Of a DNA stretch of 47,140 nt, positions 1 to 8,651 are shown piece by piece (within the stretch, counting starts at the first letter, position 1; each line of letters starts with the position of its first letter). This DNA is from Candidatus Saccharimonadota bacterium (GTDB lineage: Bacteria; Patescibacteriota; Saccharimonadia; Saccharimonadales; EFPC-124): contig JAEHDC010000018.1 of the NCBI GenBank assembly GCA_016880595.1, positions 1 to 47,140 on the forward strand, in the 5' to 3' direction. The translations under genes were made by a program, and so were the position numbers. Under the pieces are notes generated by a model. It was not told where the DNA came from. It made no database searches and was given only the letters and a program-made list of their open reading frames with translations.

Positions 1-796
1 CCTGAACCCCAACAACACCTTTGCCAAGGACCTCTTGATATTCTGACGTCACCTCTGTTAAGTTTGCGCGCGCCACCTTGCATGGCGCAATTTCGCGATT
101 ATAATATTGGCCGTCTGACTGTCTAAAAATAATATCCTCACCTGCTTCGCTAAAAGTCTGAAACTCGTGGCTATACTTGCTAAAACTGCCGCCGCTAGCC
201 ATTACAATAACAGTTTTATCGCCAATACCTAACCGTTTAAAGATATTCTCATAGGCTTTAGAAACGCGAGTATAATAGGCTTCATGCTGCGATTGGTCAA
301 GCGCAAATGAATACATATCCTTCATCATAAACTCTCTGCCGCGCATCAATCCGCTTTTGCTCCTTGCCTCATTGCGAAACTTTGTTTGAATCTGGTAAGC
401 CGCAAATGGCAAATCTTTGTACGAGTTAATAAAATTTTTTGCAATTGGAACAATATTTTCTTCATGACTAAATCCGAGTCCCAACTCACTACCATTGGCG
501 AGCTTAGTCTTAAACCAATCGTCTACAACTGCGTCATCCCAACGGCCAGTGCTTTGGTATCGCTCCTTTATCTGAAGAGCTGGCATAAACACCTCTTGGC
601 CGTCAATTTTGTTCATTTCTTCACGGACTATCTGGGCAATTTTATTCATAACCCTCAAACCAAGCGGCAAAAAACTGTAAACTCCAGCCATTTCTTTATG
701 GATGAAACCAGCTTTAATAAGAAGTTGAGCGTTTTTTGCAACTTCATCGCCGGGAATGCTTTTGCTTGTTTTAGTAAACAGCTTGGAAAGTCTCAT
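1..796 (-). CDS. proS: Prolyl-tRNA synthetase, N-terminal part (gene runs off the left edge)
   Basis: Absent from the ORF track because no stop lies in the window. My minus-strand translation from ATG 796-794 reads MRLSKLFTKTSKSIPGDEVAKNAQLLIKAGFIHKEMAGVYSFLPLGLRVMNKIAQIVREEM...FRNEARSKSGLMRGREFMMKDMYSF, a bacterial ProRS N-terminus with class II motifs. GAGGGA lies 7 nt upstream. Confidence 0.85.
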   Translation of the reverse strand, partial: MRLSKLFTKTSKSIPGDEVAKNAQLLIKAGFIHKEMAGVYSFLPLGLRVMNKIAQIVREEMNKIDGQEVFMPALQIKERYQSTGRWDDAVVDDWFKTKLANGSELGLGFSHEENIVPIAKNFINSYKDLPFAAYQIQTKFRNEARSKSGLMRGREFMMKDMYSFALDQSQHEAYYTRVSKAYENIFKRLGIGDKTVIVMASGGSFSKYSHEFQTFSEAGEDIIFRQSDGQYYNREIAPCKVARANLTEVTSEYQEVLGKGVVGVQ

Positions 797-861
797 CGAA
801 AATCCCTCAATTTAACATTAATATTAATAAATTTTAACCCTATTTTGGGCCCATCTCAAAT

Positions 862-1596
862 CTAACCACCATTATACAGATATAGCAGATAAAAGGCCAC
901 GCTATTTTTTATAACATGCAAAAAAATACTTGGCCAAATGCTCTTTGTCTTCTCGAGCAAGTAGCAGCTTACTACACCCATGGCAAAAACGTCAAGCCCG
1001 ACATTCCACTGACCATGCATAAGACCAAAGATTGCACTAGAGGCAATTGCTGCAGCCGCAAATGACATGCGTCGTCTGTAACCTGTGAACAAAATCCCCC
1101 GGAACAAAACTTCCTCTGTTATTGGCGTGATCCCAACCAAAGAGATAAATGCTAATATAAGTTCAAAACCACTTGGCGATGTGTAGCCAACATTTTGATC
1201 TTGACTTGCGTCCATGCCAAAAAATGATGTAGCAATTAATTGCAAACAGAGCGACATTACAAAATATACGCCAAAAAACATTAGAGCCTTAAAAAAATAA
1301 TCCGGCCTAGGCTTATCAAAACCAATATCTTTAAACTTCTTGCCATAAATCTTTAGGCTAATGGCCACAGCCCCAAGAGATAAGGAGTAAGCCAATATTG
1401 TGGAGATTGAGTTTTTAATGTTATTACTAATTGACAATGGAATTAGAATAAAGTCAAAGAATAGCTCCAGTAAGAACCATGGTGCAAAAAGCGCCACTAT
1501 TGCAATGGTCGTTCCAGAAATAATGCCCCAATGATCCTTGGGGTAAAGCCGCTCTCGGGCTTTTGCAAGAATTGTTTTAAAAGAATCTTTTAACAT
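862..1596 (-). CDS. CPBP-family (CAAX-type) intramembrane metalloprotease
   Basis: Polytopic membrane protein with EEVLFRG, FGLMH and HVIKN motifs typical of CPBP/Abi proteases. It overlaps the rseP stop by 20 nt. Confidence 0.8.
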   Translation of the reverse strand: MLKDSFKTILAKARERLYPKDHWGIISGTTIAIVALFAPWFLLELFFDFILIPLSISNNIKNSISTILAYSLSLGAVAISLKIYGKKFKDIGFDKPRPDYFFKALMFFGVYFVMSLCLQLIATSFFGMDASQDQNVGYTSPSGFELILAFISLVGITPITEEVLFRGILFTGYRRRMSFAAAAIASSAIFGLMHGQWNVGLDVFAMGVVSCYLLEKTKSIWPSIFLHVIKNSVAFYLLYLYNGG

Positions 1597-2665
1597 CTAA
1601 AAACGTCACGACTATCATTAAACAAAGGAGCGCTATCATACCGGTTGCCTGGATTGATTCTTCTCTTTCCTTGGTGAGAACTTCTTTATTTAAACGGAAA
1701 AATATTGTTACAAACAGCCTTCCGCCATCTAGCGCCGGTATTGGAAGAGCATTCATAACTGCCAGCGTAAGTGAAATTATGCCTATTAAAAACAAAACTG
1801 ACCCAAAACCATCTTGCGCGCTGCTACTTAAAACACTGAAGATACCAACTGGCCCTGTTACGTTTTCACCAGCCTCGGCAAAATGGGCAGTAAACAGATT
1901 GCCAACAGTTGCAGCCAGACCCTTTAGAGTTTCATAAGTAAACTGCGCCGTTACACCAACGCCAACAATTGGCGCAGACCAAGTGGAACGTCGACTTATA
2001 TTTTCGCCAACGCTCATGCCGATATAGCCTTTCCCACCTGAGCTATCACTGTTTAGCGTAGCTTCCGTTTGCTGTTGTTGGCCGTCACGAGCATAAACAA
2101 CCTCAACTGTTTGTCCAGCAAAACCTTTTGTCAGTTGCAAAAATTGATCAGAGCTTGTGACGTTTTGCCCGCCAATACTGATTAGTTTGTCTCCAGACTG
2201 CAAACCAGCAATCTGAGCCGGACTATCGCTGACAATAGTTGAAGCCTCAACTGCACTACTGCTCTCAACCGTATCGCTAGCCACTGTAAATTGATTTGAT
2301 AAAATTTGTGGCAGCCCCACCAAAGCTAAAGCTGTAAAAATCGCCACAGCAATAAGCCAATTTGTAATTACTCCTGCAAGCAAAATTTTGGTTTTTACCC
2401 AAAGGCTGGCGCCGCCGTATGTTCCCTTACCTTTTGCCGAGTCATACTCACCTTTAAGCCTAACGAATCCACCTAACGGCAGCCAATTCACGCTCAATAA
2501 AGTTCCATTTTTGAGCTTTTTACCCCAGGCTCGCGGCGGGAAACCGATACCAAACTCCTCTACCTCAACGCCATTGCGCTTGGCAACAATTGCATGGCCA
2601 AGCTCATGTAAAACTACCAAACCAACAAAAAGCAGGATTCCAATAACTAAAATAAAAGTCGACAT
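1577..2665 (-). CDS. rseP: Site-2 (M50) zinc metalloprotease RseP/RasP
   Basis: HELGHAIVA (HExxH) lies in the first TM segment. There is a central PDZ-like segment and a C-terminal NALPIPALDGG motif. The start shares one base with the uppS stop (TAATG). Confidence 0.9.
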   Translation of the reverse strand: MSTFILVIGILLFVGLVVLHELGHAIVAKRNGVEVEEFGIGFPPRAWGKKLKNGTLLSVNWLPLGGFVRLKGEYDSAKGKGTYGGASLWVKTKILLAGVITNWLIAVAIFTALALVGLPQILSNQFTVASDTVESSSAVEASTIVSDSPAQIAGLQSGDKLISIGGQNVTSSDQFLQLTKGFAGQTVEVVYARDGQQQQTEATLNSDSSGGKGYIGMSVGENISRRSTWSAPIVGVGVTAQFTYETLKGLAATVGNLFTAHFAEAGENVTGPVGIFSVLSSSAQDGFGSVLFLIGIISLTLAVMNALPIPALDGGRLFVTIFFRLNKEVLTKEREESIQATGMIALLCLMIVVTFLDVKRFF

Positions 2666-3360
2666 TAGTTCCCCCCAAACCGCCTGGTGCGCTTATTATA
2701 TTCTCTTATTATCGCATCAACATCACTAGAGCGCATGTCTGGCCATAGTTTATTCATAAAGTAGAGCTCACTATAGGCAACCCGCCAAAGCATAAAATTG
2801 CTTAAACGCTGCTCACCGCTTGTTCGTACTACCATATCTATATCTGGAATGCTTGGTTCATATAGATGTTGACGTAGGTTTTCTTCGGAAATCTCAATTC
2901 CGCTTTTAATACATGCTCTTGCCGCATCAACAATCTCGCTCTGTCCACCATAATTAAAACAAATAGCAACAGTCGTACGAGTAAAGTCTTTGCTCATCTC
3001 CTCAACCTCTTCCATAGCCTTAAGAACCTTCGGTGGAATCGTCTCTCGCGAGCCCAAAATACAAACTTTAATTTGATGATCAACTATCTCGCGCATATCT
3101 GTTTTAAAAACGCGTAAAGCCAATCCCATAAGATTGCTCACTTCATCTTTAGAGCGTTTCCAGTTTTCTGTAGAAAAAGCGTAAATGGATAAAAATTTTA
3201 TTCCTCGATCTGCTGAATATAAAATCAAGTCTCTTAAAGCATTATAGCCAGCAAGGTGGCCTTCGTAGGTTGGTAGGCCGTGTTTTTTAGCCCAACGGCG
3301 ATTACCATCCAAAATAAAGCCTATGTGTTTAGGTATGTTGTCTGAATTATCTTTACTCAT
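2665..3360 (-). CDS. uppS: Undecaprenyl-diphosphate synthase
   Basis: Motifs FILDGNRRWA, ENWKR and RTSGEQRLSNFMLWR are present. I prefer ATG 3360 over the track's upstream TTG at 3369, because TATAAT at 3369-3374 overlaps that TTG. Confidence 0.9.
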   Translation of the reverse strand: MSKDNSDNIPKHIGFILDGNRRWAKKHGLPTYEGHLAGYNALRDLILYSADRGIKFLSIYAFSTENWKRSKDEVSNLMGLALRVFKTDMREIVDHQIKVCILGSRETIPPKVLKAMEEVEEMSKDFTRTTVAICFNYGGQSEIVDAARACIKSGIEISEENLRQHLYEPSIPDIDMVVRTSGEQRLSNFMLWRVAYSELYFMNKLWPDMRSSDVDAIIREYNKRTRRFGGN

Positions 3361-3368
3361 GTGCTGCA

Positions 3369-3374
3369 ATTATA
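3369..3374 (-). promoter_or_regulatory. -10 box TATAAT 8 nt upstream of the uppS ATG
   Basis: The minus strand reads gagtTATAATtgcagcacATG. No SD is present. Confidence 0.4.
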
Positions 3375-3397
3375 ACTCTAAATGCCTGAAAGACAAA

Positions 3398-3952
3398 TTA
3401 AATTGTCATAATCTCTTGTTCTTTTGCTTTTGCCAAGGAGTCTAATTTTGCTTGAGTCGTCTTCATAATCTCGTCAAGTGACTTTTCTGCACGTTTTACA
3501 TCATCCTCAGATAATTCTTTGGCGTCCTTCTTTATTTTGGCATCTCTTAAAGCATCATGACGAACATTGCGTAATGCAATCCGACAATCCTCAACCTTTT
3601 CACCAAGCTGTTTTACAATTTGTTGACGGCGCTCCGTATTAAGCGGTGGAATTGGAACGCGAATAACCCGACCATCATCACTAGGATTAAAACCAAGAGA
3701 CTGTTCATCACGAATCGACTTAACAATTGCCTGCAAATTGCCTGGATCAAACGGGTTAATCTGCAGAAGTTGCGGCTCCGGAACTACGATTGTCGCCACT
3801 TGTAAGAGTGGCATTTTTGTGCCATAAGCTTCTACTATAATTCCATCAAGCATTCCTGGATTAGCGCGGCCAGTACGGATTTTTTTGGATTCTTCTTCAA
3901 AATGTGTCAACGCCTGATTCATGCGACTTTCATATGATTTTATATCAAACAT
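3398..3952 (-). CDS. frr: Ribosome recycling factor
   Basis: The 184-aa product starting MFDIKSYESRMNQALTHFEEE...RTGRANPGMLD...NPFD...IRVPIPPLTE(R)R matches RRF. The track's upstream extension overlaps the TGtTACAAT promoter. Confidence 0.9.
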   Translation of the reverse strand: MFDIKSYESRMNQALTHFEEESKKIRTGRANPGMLDGIIVEAYGTKMPLLQVATIVVPEPQLLQINPFDPGNLQAIVKSIRDEQSLGFNPSDDGRVIRVPIPPLNTERRQQIVKQLGEKVEDCRIALRNVRHDALRDAKIKKDAKELSEDDVKRAEKSLDEIMKTTQAKLDSLAKAKEQEIMTI

Positions 3953-3958
3953 ACTTTT

Positions 3959-3967
3959 ATTGTAACA
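3959..3967 (-). promoter_or_regulatory. Extended -10 (TGtTACAAT) 6 nt upstream of the frr ATG
   Basis: The minus strand reads ataTGtTACAATaaaagtATG. No SD is present. Confidence 0.5.
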
Positions 3968-4003
3968 TATGCTTCTGACTTGATTTGAGCGCAAAACAAT
4001 AAT

Positions 4004-4567
4004 ATGATTCTTATGAACGCCTCCTCACTAAAGATGGGAAGTAAATTGCAACTACTAAAAAACCGCACATGCTGGGCGTTAATTGCAATTAGCGTTTTGC
4101 TAATAGTTCTGAAACTGGTTGGACCTTTTCAAGCTATTGCTACCTTAGCAACGCCAGCTATTGTAATCAAGCTAGCTCTTCAAATAAAGCGTACGGCAAG
4201 AAACAATAGACTACAAAGAACCATCCAAGCCCTTGCCAAAAGCTACTGCCTTGTTAATGGCTATGATATTCAGGAATGGATTGTTAGCAACACTGTCGCT
4301 ATAAGAGATTTATCTTGCGGCACAGCTGGCTGGACTAGCTACTCTAGCCTTCGAAGAGATAACTGCGGCCATGTCATACGTAATGTTGATTATTGGCTCA
4401 GGAGAGATTGGTCGCCAGACACAACAGTATTGATTGGCCGAGACCTAAGTAACAGATTGTTTGCATTGAGCATCTCTGATAATGACGCAGAGCTGGCAGA
4501 CCCTATTAACAGCATGGGTGCCACAGAAGTACATTATCTTGGGAGAATTAATTTTCCAGTGGGCTGA
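4004..4567 (+). CDS. Hypothetical membrane protein (two N-terminal hydrophobic helices plus a ~110-aa Cys/Trp-containing domain)
   Basis: It is the only long ORF in a 560-nt gap between frr and tsf. No family was recognised and no clear SD is present. Confidence 0.45.
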   Translation: MILMNASSLKMGSKLQLLKNRTCWALIAISVLLIVLKLVGPFQAIATLATPAIVIKLALQIKRTARNNRLQRTIQALAKSYCLVNGYDIQEWIVSNTVAIRDLSCGTAGWTSYSSLRRDNCGHVIRNVDYWLRRDWSPDTTVLIGRDLSNRLFALSISDNDAELADPINSMGATEVHYLGRINFPVG

Positions 4568-4577
4568 CGGTCGTTTT

Positions 4578-4606
4578 TTAGCCTGCGCCTCTTGTGCGCA
4601 GGCTAA
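4578..4606. other. 11-bp perfect hairpin between convergent genes (orphan ORF and tsf)
   Basis: Stem TTAGCCTGCGC/GCGCAGGCTAA with a 7-nt loop. The T-run lies 5' of the stem on the plus strand, so neither orientation has a canonical 3' U-tract. Confidence 0.4.
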
Positions 4607-4621
4607 ACCATCAATAATTAA

Positions 4622-5218
4622 TTACTCGTTTACACCTAACTCAAAACGAGCCATGCGACGTAAAACAATATTTTCACCTAATTTTGAAATATAATTCTTT
4701 ATTAAATCTCCAACCGTTACATCTGGGTTTTTAATAAATGGCTGTTCCATTAAACATTGTTCGGCAAAGTGCTTTTTGAGTATACCTTCAACAATTTGTG
4801 GCAACATTTTTTCAGGCTTACCCTCATTTTTGATCTTTTCAGTAAACTCAGCTTCCTTAGATTCACGTTCCTGAGCTGGAACATCCTCAAGCGTTACGAA
4901 ACGCGGCGCAGTTGCCGCTATGTGCATTGCCAAATCATGGACCAGAGTTTTAAAATTATCAGTGCGAGCCACAAAATCTGTCTCACAGTTAACCTCAATC
5001 AAAACGCCAATTCGATCACCATGCACATAACTATGCACAATTCCTTGGCTAGCTTCGCGTTCACTACGTTTTTCTGCTTTAGTCAAGCCTTTTTTGCGCA
5101 TTTCTTCCAGGGCTTTGTCAAAATTGCCATCTGCTTCTTCCAAAGCATGCTTAGCATCGGTCAAACCTACTCCCGTTAATTCTTTTAACCTTTTAACTTC
5201 TTCAAGAGATATTGTCAT
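4622..5218 (-). CDS. tsf: Elongation factor Ts (short form)
   Basis: The N-terminal UBA-like segment VKRLKELTGVGLTDAKHALEEADGNFDKALEEMRKKG is present, and the gene lies directly downstream of rpsB. Confidence 0.9.
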   Translation of the reverse strand: MTISLEEVKRLKELTGVGLTDAKHALEEADGNFDKALEEMRKKGLTKAEKRSEREASQGIVHSYVHGDRIGVLIEVNCETDFVARTDNFKTLVHDLAMHIAATAPRFVTLEDVPAQERESKEAEFTEKIKNEGKPEKMLPQIVEGILKKHFAEQCLMEQPFIKNPDVTVGDLIKNYISKLGENIVLRRMARFELGVNE

Positions 5219-5226
5219 TTCTTCCC

Positions 5227-5934
5227 CTATTTTTCTTCTACTTTGCGCGCTGCTTTGCCTTCCAAAATAGCAGCTTTGACATAATCTGTAATAATTTTTA
5301 ACGCCTTCAGGGCGTCGTCGTTGGCCGGAATTGGATAGTTGGCCAAATCTGGATTAGCATTAGTATCAGCAATTGCTACTACCGGTATACTTAAACGGCG
5401 AGCCTCCGCCACGGCATTCTTATCATAGATCATATCTACCACAAAAACTGCGCCCGGCTGGCCATTAAGATCTTTAATGCCTCCGTATTTTAAGTTAAGC
5501 GCATCGATTTCTTCCTGGTAACGCTGCACTTCGAGTTTATTGTAACGACCAGCCAATTCACCAGAGGCCATACGAGTTTCAAGCTTTTTAAGGTGCTTAA
5601 TTCGTTCAGTCGTAGTCTTTACATTTGTAAGCATGCCTCCGAGCCAACGTTCGGTAACATACGGCATGCCAACTTCTTCGGCCGCAGCTTTTACAATGTC
5701 CTTGGCCTGACGTTTTGTGCCAACAAAAAGCACTTGCTTGCCACTAGCGATAGTTTTAGTAATGAATGGCAACGCCACATTCAAGCTTTCGACAGTTTTG
5801 GTAAGGTCAATAATATGACTTTCGTTACGTTTGCTGTGAATGTACTTTGCCATCTTAGGATGCCAACGACTAGTTTTGTGGCCAAAATGCGCGCCCGATG
5901 CAAGCAAATCTTTAATGTCTACTTCCACTGCCAT
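5227..5934 (-). CDS. rpsB: 30S ribosomal protein S2
   Basis: Contains LLASGAHFGHKTSRWHPKM...ERWLGGMLTN...PVVAIADTN. Confidence 0.95.
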   Translation of the reverse strand: MAVEVDIKDLLASGAHFGHKTSRWHPKMAKYIHSKRNESHIIDLTKTVESLNVALPFITKTIASGKQVLFVGTKRQAKDIVKAAAEEVGMPYVTERWLGGMLTNVKTTTERIKHLKKLETRMASGELAGRYNKLEVQRYQEEIDALNLKYGGIKDLNGQPGAVFVVDMIYDKNAVAEARRLSIPVVAIADTNANPDLANYPIPANDDALKALKIITDYVKAAILEGKAARKVEEK

Positions 5935-6025
5935 AAGAGTAAAATCCTTTTCTTCCCCTGCGCCCTTCCCTAATCAGGAGGACTTTTTACGCGTAGGGTG
6001 ATTCGTTAAATTTGTAATTGCTTAA

Positions 6026-6034
6026 ATTATACCA
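6026..6034 (-). promoter_or_regulatory. Extended -10 (TGgTATAAT) for the rpsB-tsf operon, giving a leader of about 85 nt
   Basis: The minus strand reads gcaTGgTATAATttaagc. Confidence 0.5.
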
Positions 6035-6075
6035 TGCTAAGGTGTTGTTGCCTAGTACTTTTACAAAAATATCCT

Positions 6076-6103
6076 TTGCATCGACGCCACAGTATGCTAC
6101 CAT
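6076..6103 (+). promoter_or_regulatory. Promoter TTGCAT-16-TACCAT, 7 nt upstream of ATG 6111
   Basis: Read directly from the sequence. No SD precedes ATG 6111. Confidence 0.4.
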
Positions 6104-6110
6104 TACCGTA

Positions 6111-7139
6111 ATGAAGCAATTGCTAAAAATCTATTGGTTCGCACTTGCAGCGACAATCATAATATGGGTTTCTACCGGCATCTTTGCCGGATGGCAGGCA
6201 CTTTTAACAGTAGTTGTACTTACCTTGCTTGAGGTGACATTTAGCGCCGACAACGCGGTTATCAATAGTAAAATCATCACCAGCCTTTCGCCGCTATGGC
6301 AAAAACTTTTTATGACCCTAGGCATTATTATTGCTGTTTTTGCTGTACGTTTTGCTATGCCAATTGCCATTGTGGCGATTTCTGCAAAACTTAGCTTAAG
6401 TGAAGTTGTCAACCTAGCGCTCAATAGCCCATCAGATTATGAGCATTATTTGTCTCTTGCTGAGCCAGCAATTAACGCTTTTGGTGGCGCCTTTTTACTC
6501 ATGATAGCGCTTAGCTACTTTATAGATCATGAGAAACAAACGCATTGGCTTAAATTTCTCGAGCATCGGCTTGGAAAACTTGGCAAGTTTAACGATGTTA
6601 CAATTTTTATAATGCTACTCGCATCTATAATTTTGTACTTTACCGTTTCAGCAGATCACCAAGGCACCATACTTATTGCTTCAATTTGCGCAATGGCATT
6701 AAAGATTGGTCTCAATTTACTAGAAGAGGCTTTTAGCAAAAACAATCCAAGCAATAAAGTTGCCGTCCGACAAGTGTATGGAATGGCAGCATTTGCATCA
6801 TTTTTGTATCTCGAGCTTCTCGATGCTTCATTCTCGCTCGACGGAGTAATCGGCGCCTTTGCTCTTACTAACAACATTATCCTAATCATGGCTGGTCTTG
6901 GCGCTGGCGCTGTTTGGGTCCGAGCTATGACAATCCATCTTGTTAAAAACAAAACGCTTGCAAAATATCAATACCTCGAGCATGGCGCGCATTGGGCAAT
7001 TGGCTTTTTGGGCGGAGTTATGATGCTAAAATTATATGGGGTGGAGCTGCCAGAATGGCTAGTTGGTTCACTTGGCATTGTTTTTATTGGATTAGCCATC
7101 GCAACGAGCATAATGTCCCAACGCGACATTAAGTCATAA
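6111..7139 (+). CDS. Polytopic integral membrane protein, TerC/DUF475-like
   Basis: There are about nine hydrophobic segments. LLEVTFSADNAVINS and LLDASFSLDGVIGAFA resemble the paired TerC/DUF475 motifs. Start moved to ATG 6111 because the track's TTG extension overlaps the rpsB promoter. Confidence 0.6.
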   Translation: MKQLLKIYWFALAATIIIWVSTGIFAGWQALLTVVVLTLLEVTFSADNAVINSKIITSLSPLWQKLFMTLGIIIAVFAVRFAMPIAIVAISAKLSLSEVVNLALNSPSDYEHYLSLAEPAINAFGGAFLLMIALSYFIDHEKQTHWLKFLEHRLGKLGKFNDVTIFIMLLASIILYFTVSADHQGTILIASICAMALKIGLNLLEEAFSKNNPSNKVAVRQVYGMAAFASFLYLELLDASFSLDGVIGAFALTNNIILIMAGLGAGAVWVRAMTIHLVKNKTLAKYQYLEHGAHWAIGFLGGVMMLKLYGVELPEWLVGSLGIVFIGLAIATSIMSQRDIKS

Positions 7140-7164
7140 CTTTGCATTTTTATCTTAAAAAATC

Positions 7165-7193
7165 TTTACATTGCCATAAAAAACAGATATAAT
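7165..7193 (+). promoter_or_regulatory. Near-consensus promoter TTTACA-17-TATAAT, 10 nt upstream of the rpmE ATG
   Basis: The -35 lies at 7165-7170 and the -10 at 7188-7193, with ATG at 7204. No SD is present. Confidence 0.6.
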
Positions 7194-7203
7194 ATTTGTA
7201 ATT

Positions 7204-7533
7204 ATGAAAAGCAACCTTCACCCAACCGACTATCGTCCTGTTGTCATGCAGGATCCAAGCGCAGGCTTTGCCTTCTTAACAAAGTCTACAGCTAAAACCG
7301 ACAAGACCATTAAATGGGAAGACGGTAACGAATATCCTCTCATAGAGGTTTACATTAGTAGCGCCTCTCATCCTTATTTTACAGGCAAGGAAACTCTCAT
7401 CGACACCGAGGGTCGCGTTGACCGTTTTGAAGCTCGTAAAAAAGCTGCCGAAATGCGCCGAAATGCTTTGGCAAGTAAAGCCAAAAAAACCGTTGCTAGA
7501 GCCGAAGCAAAAAATAGCAAAAATAAGAAGTAA
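7204..7533 (+). CDS. rpmE: 50S ribosomal protein L31, type B (no CxxC zinc motif)
   Basis: [14 protein letters not shown]...[13 protein letters not shown] matches L31. The protein contains no cysteines at all. Confidence 0.9.
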   Translation: MKSNLHPTDYRPVVMQDPSAGFAFLTKSTAKTDKTIKWEDGNEYPLIEVYISSASHPYFTGKETLIDTEGRVDRFEARKKAAEMRRNALASKAKKTVARAEAKNSKNKK

Positions 7534-7568
7534 CTGTCGGCGTCTACGCCAATTTTGGAGGCGGAATA

Positions 7569-8648
7569 ATGGCACGCATACAGCTAGATATCTTACAACT
7601 TAAAACCGAACAAGCCGAATTGTCGGCTTTTTTGGCGCGCCCAGACGCCTTTAGTGACAGTGAGTATGCCAAAAAAACCAAGCGGCTAAGCGAACTAACC
7701 GAAATTATCAGCCTTGTAGAGCGCCAGCAAACCATCAGCAAACAGCTTACAGAAGCAGTAGAAATGGCGCGTGGTGATGATGAACTGGCTGAGCTTGCCA
7801 AAGAAGAAATTCCTTCTTTGGAGAATGAATATTCCAATATTGACAGCAAGCTTTTTGAAATGCTCTCGCCAAAAGACCCAAATGACGAAAAAAATGTCAT
7901 TGTGGAAATTCGTGCTGGTGCGGGCGGCGATGAAGCTAGCCTGTTTGCGGCGGATCTATTCCGTGCATATCAACGCTTTGCTGAACGTCGCGGCTTCAAG
8001 ACCGACCTAATCAGCGAAAGCCCGTCTGAAGTCGGCGGCTTTAAAGAGATAATTTTTAGCATAAAAGGTTCCGAAGTTTATAGTACGTTAAAATTCGAAA
8101 GCGGCGTTCATCGCGTTCAGCGCGTGCCAACAACCGAAAGCCAAGGCCGCATCCACACTTCAACTATCACTGTTGCAGTTTTGCCGGAGGCCGAAGAAAC
8201 AGATGTAGTCATTAACCCTAGCGACCTACGAATTGACGTATTTCGTAGCAGCGGAAACGGCGGTCAGAGTGTCAATACAACAGATTCTGCTGTTCGCATC
8301 ACTCACCTACCAACTGGCTTGGTTGTTAGCTGCCAAGATGAAAAATCTCAAATTAAAAACAAAGACAAGGCTCTAAAAGTTTTGCGCAGCCGCCTACTTG
8401 CTATAAAATTAGAAGAAGAGCAGGCAAAATTGACTGCTGAACGCCGCGGCCTGATTGGCTCAGGCGACCGCAGCGAGAAAATCCGCACATATAACTGGCC
8501 ACAAGATCGTATTACTGACCACCGAATTGGCTACAGTCGTAGTAACATTCCGGGTGCTATGAATGGCGAAATTGACGATTTAATTGAACATTTGCAAGCT
8601 CGCGAGCGTGAAATGCGTGCCGCAGGAATAGAAGAAAAGCAAGGGTGA
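7569..8648 (+). CDS. prfA: Peptide chain release factor 1
   Basis: [14 protein letters not shown] (PxT tripeptide region) and the GGQ motif [24 protein letters not shown] are present. GGAGG SD upstream. Confidence 0.95.
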   Translation: MARIQLDILQLKTEQAELSAFLARPDAFSDSEYAKKTKRLSELTEIISLVERQQTISKQLTEAVEMARGDDELAELAKEEIPSLENEYSNIDSKLFEMLSPKDPNDEKNVIVEIRAGAGGDEASLFAADLFRAYQRFAERRGFKTDLISESPSEVGGFKEIIFSIKGSEVYSTLKFESGVHRVQRVPTTESQGRIHTSTITVAVLPEAEETDVVINPSDLRIDVFRSSGNGGQSVNTTDSAVRITHLPTGLVVSCQDEKSQIKNKDKALKVLRSRLLAIKLEEEQAKLTAERRGLIGSGDRSEKIRTYNWPQDRITDHRIGYSRSNIPGAMNGEIDDLIEHLQAREREMRAAGIEEKQG

Positions 8649-8651
8649 AAA

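Noticed and set aside
386-865. A 159-aa plus-strand ORF in the track.
   Set aside because: It lies antisense to a clearly recognisable proS N-terminus on the minus strand. It has low-complexity, Phe/Asn-rich composition typical of shadow ORFs.
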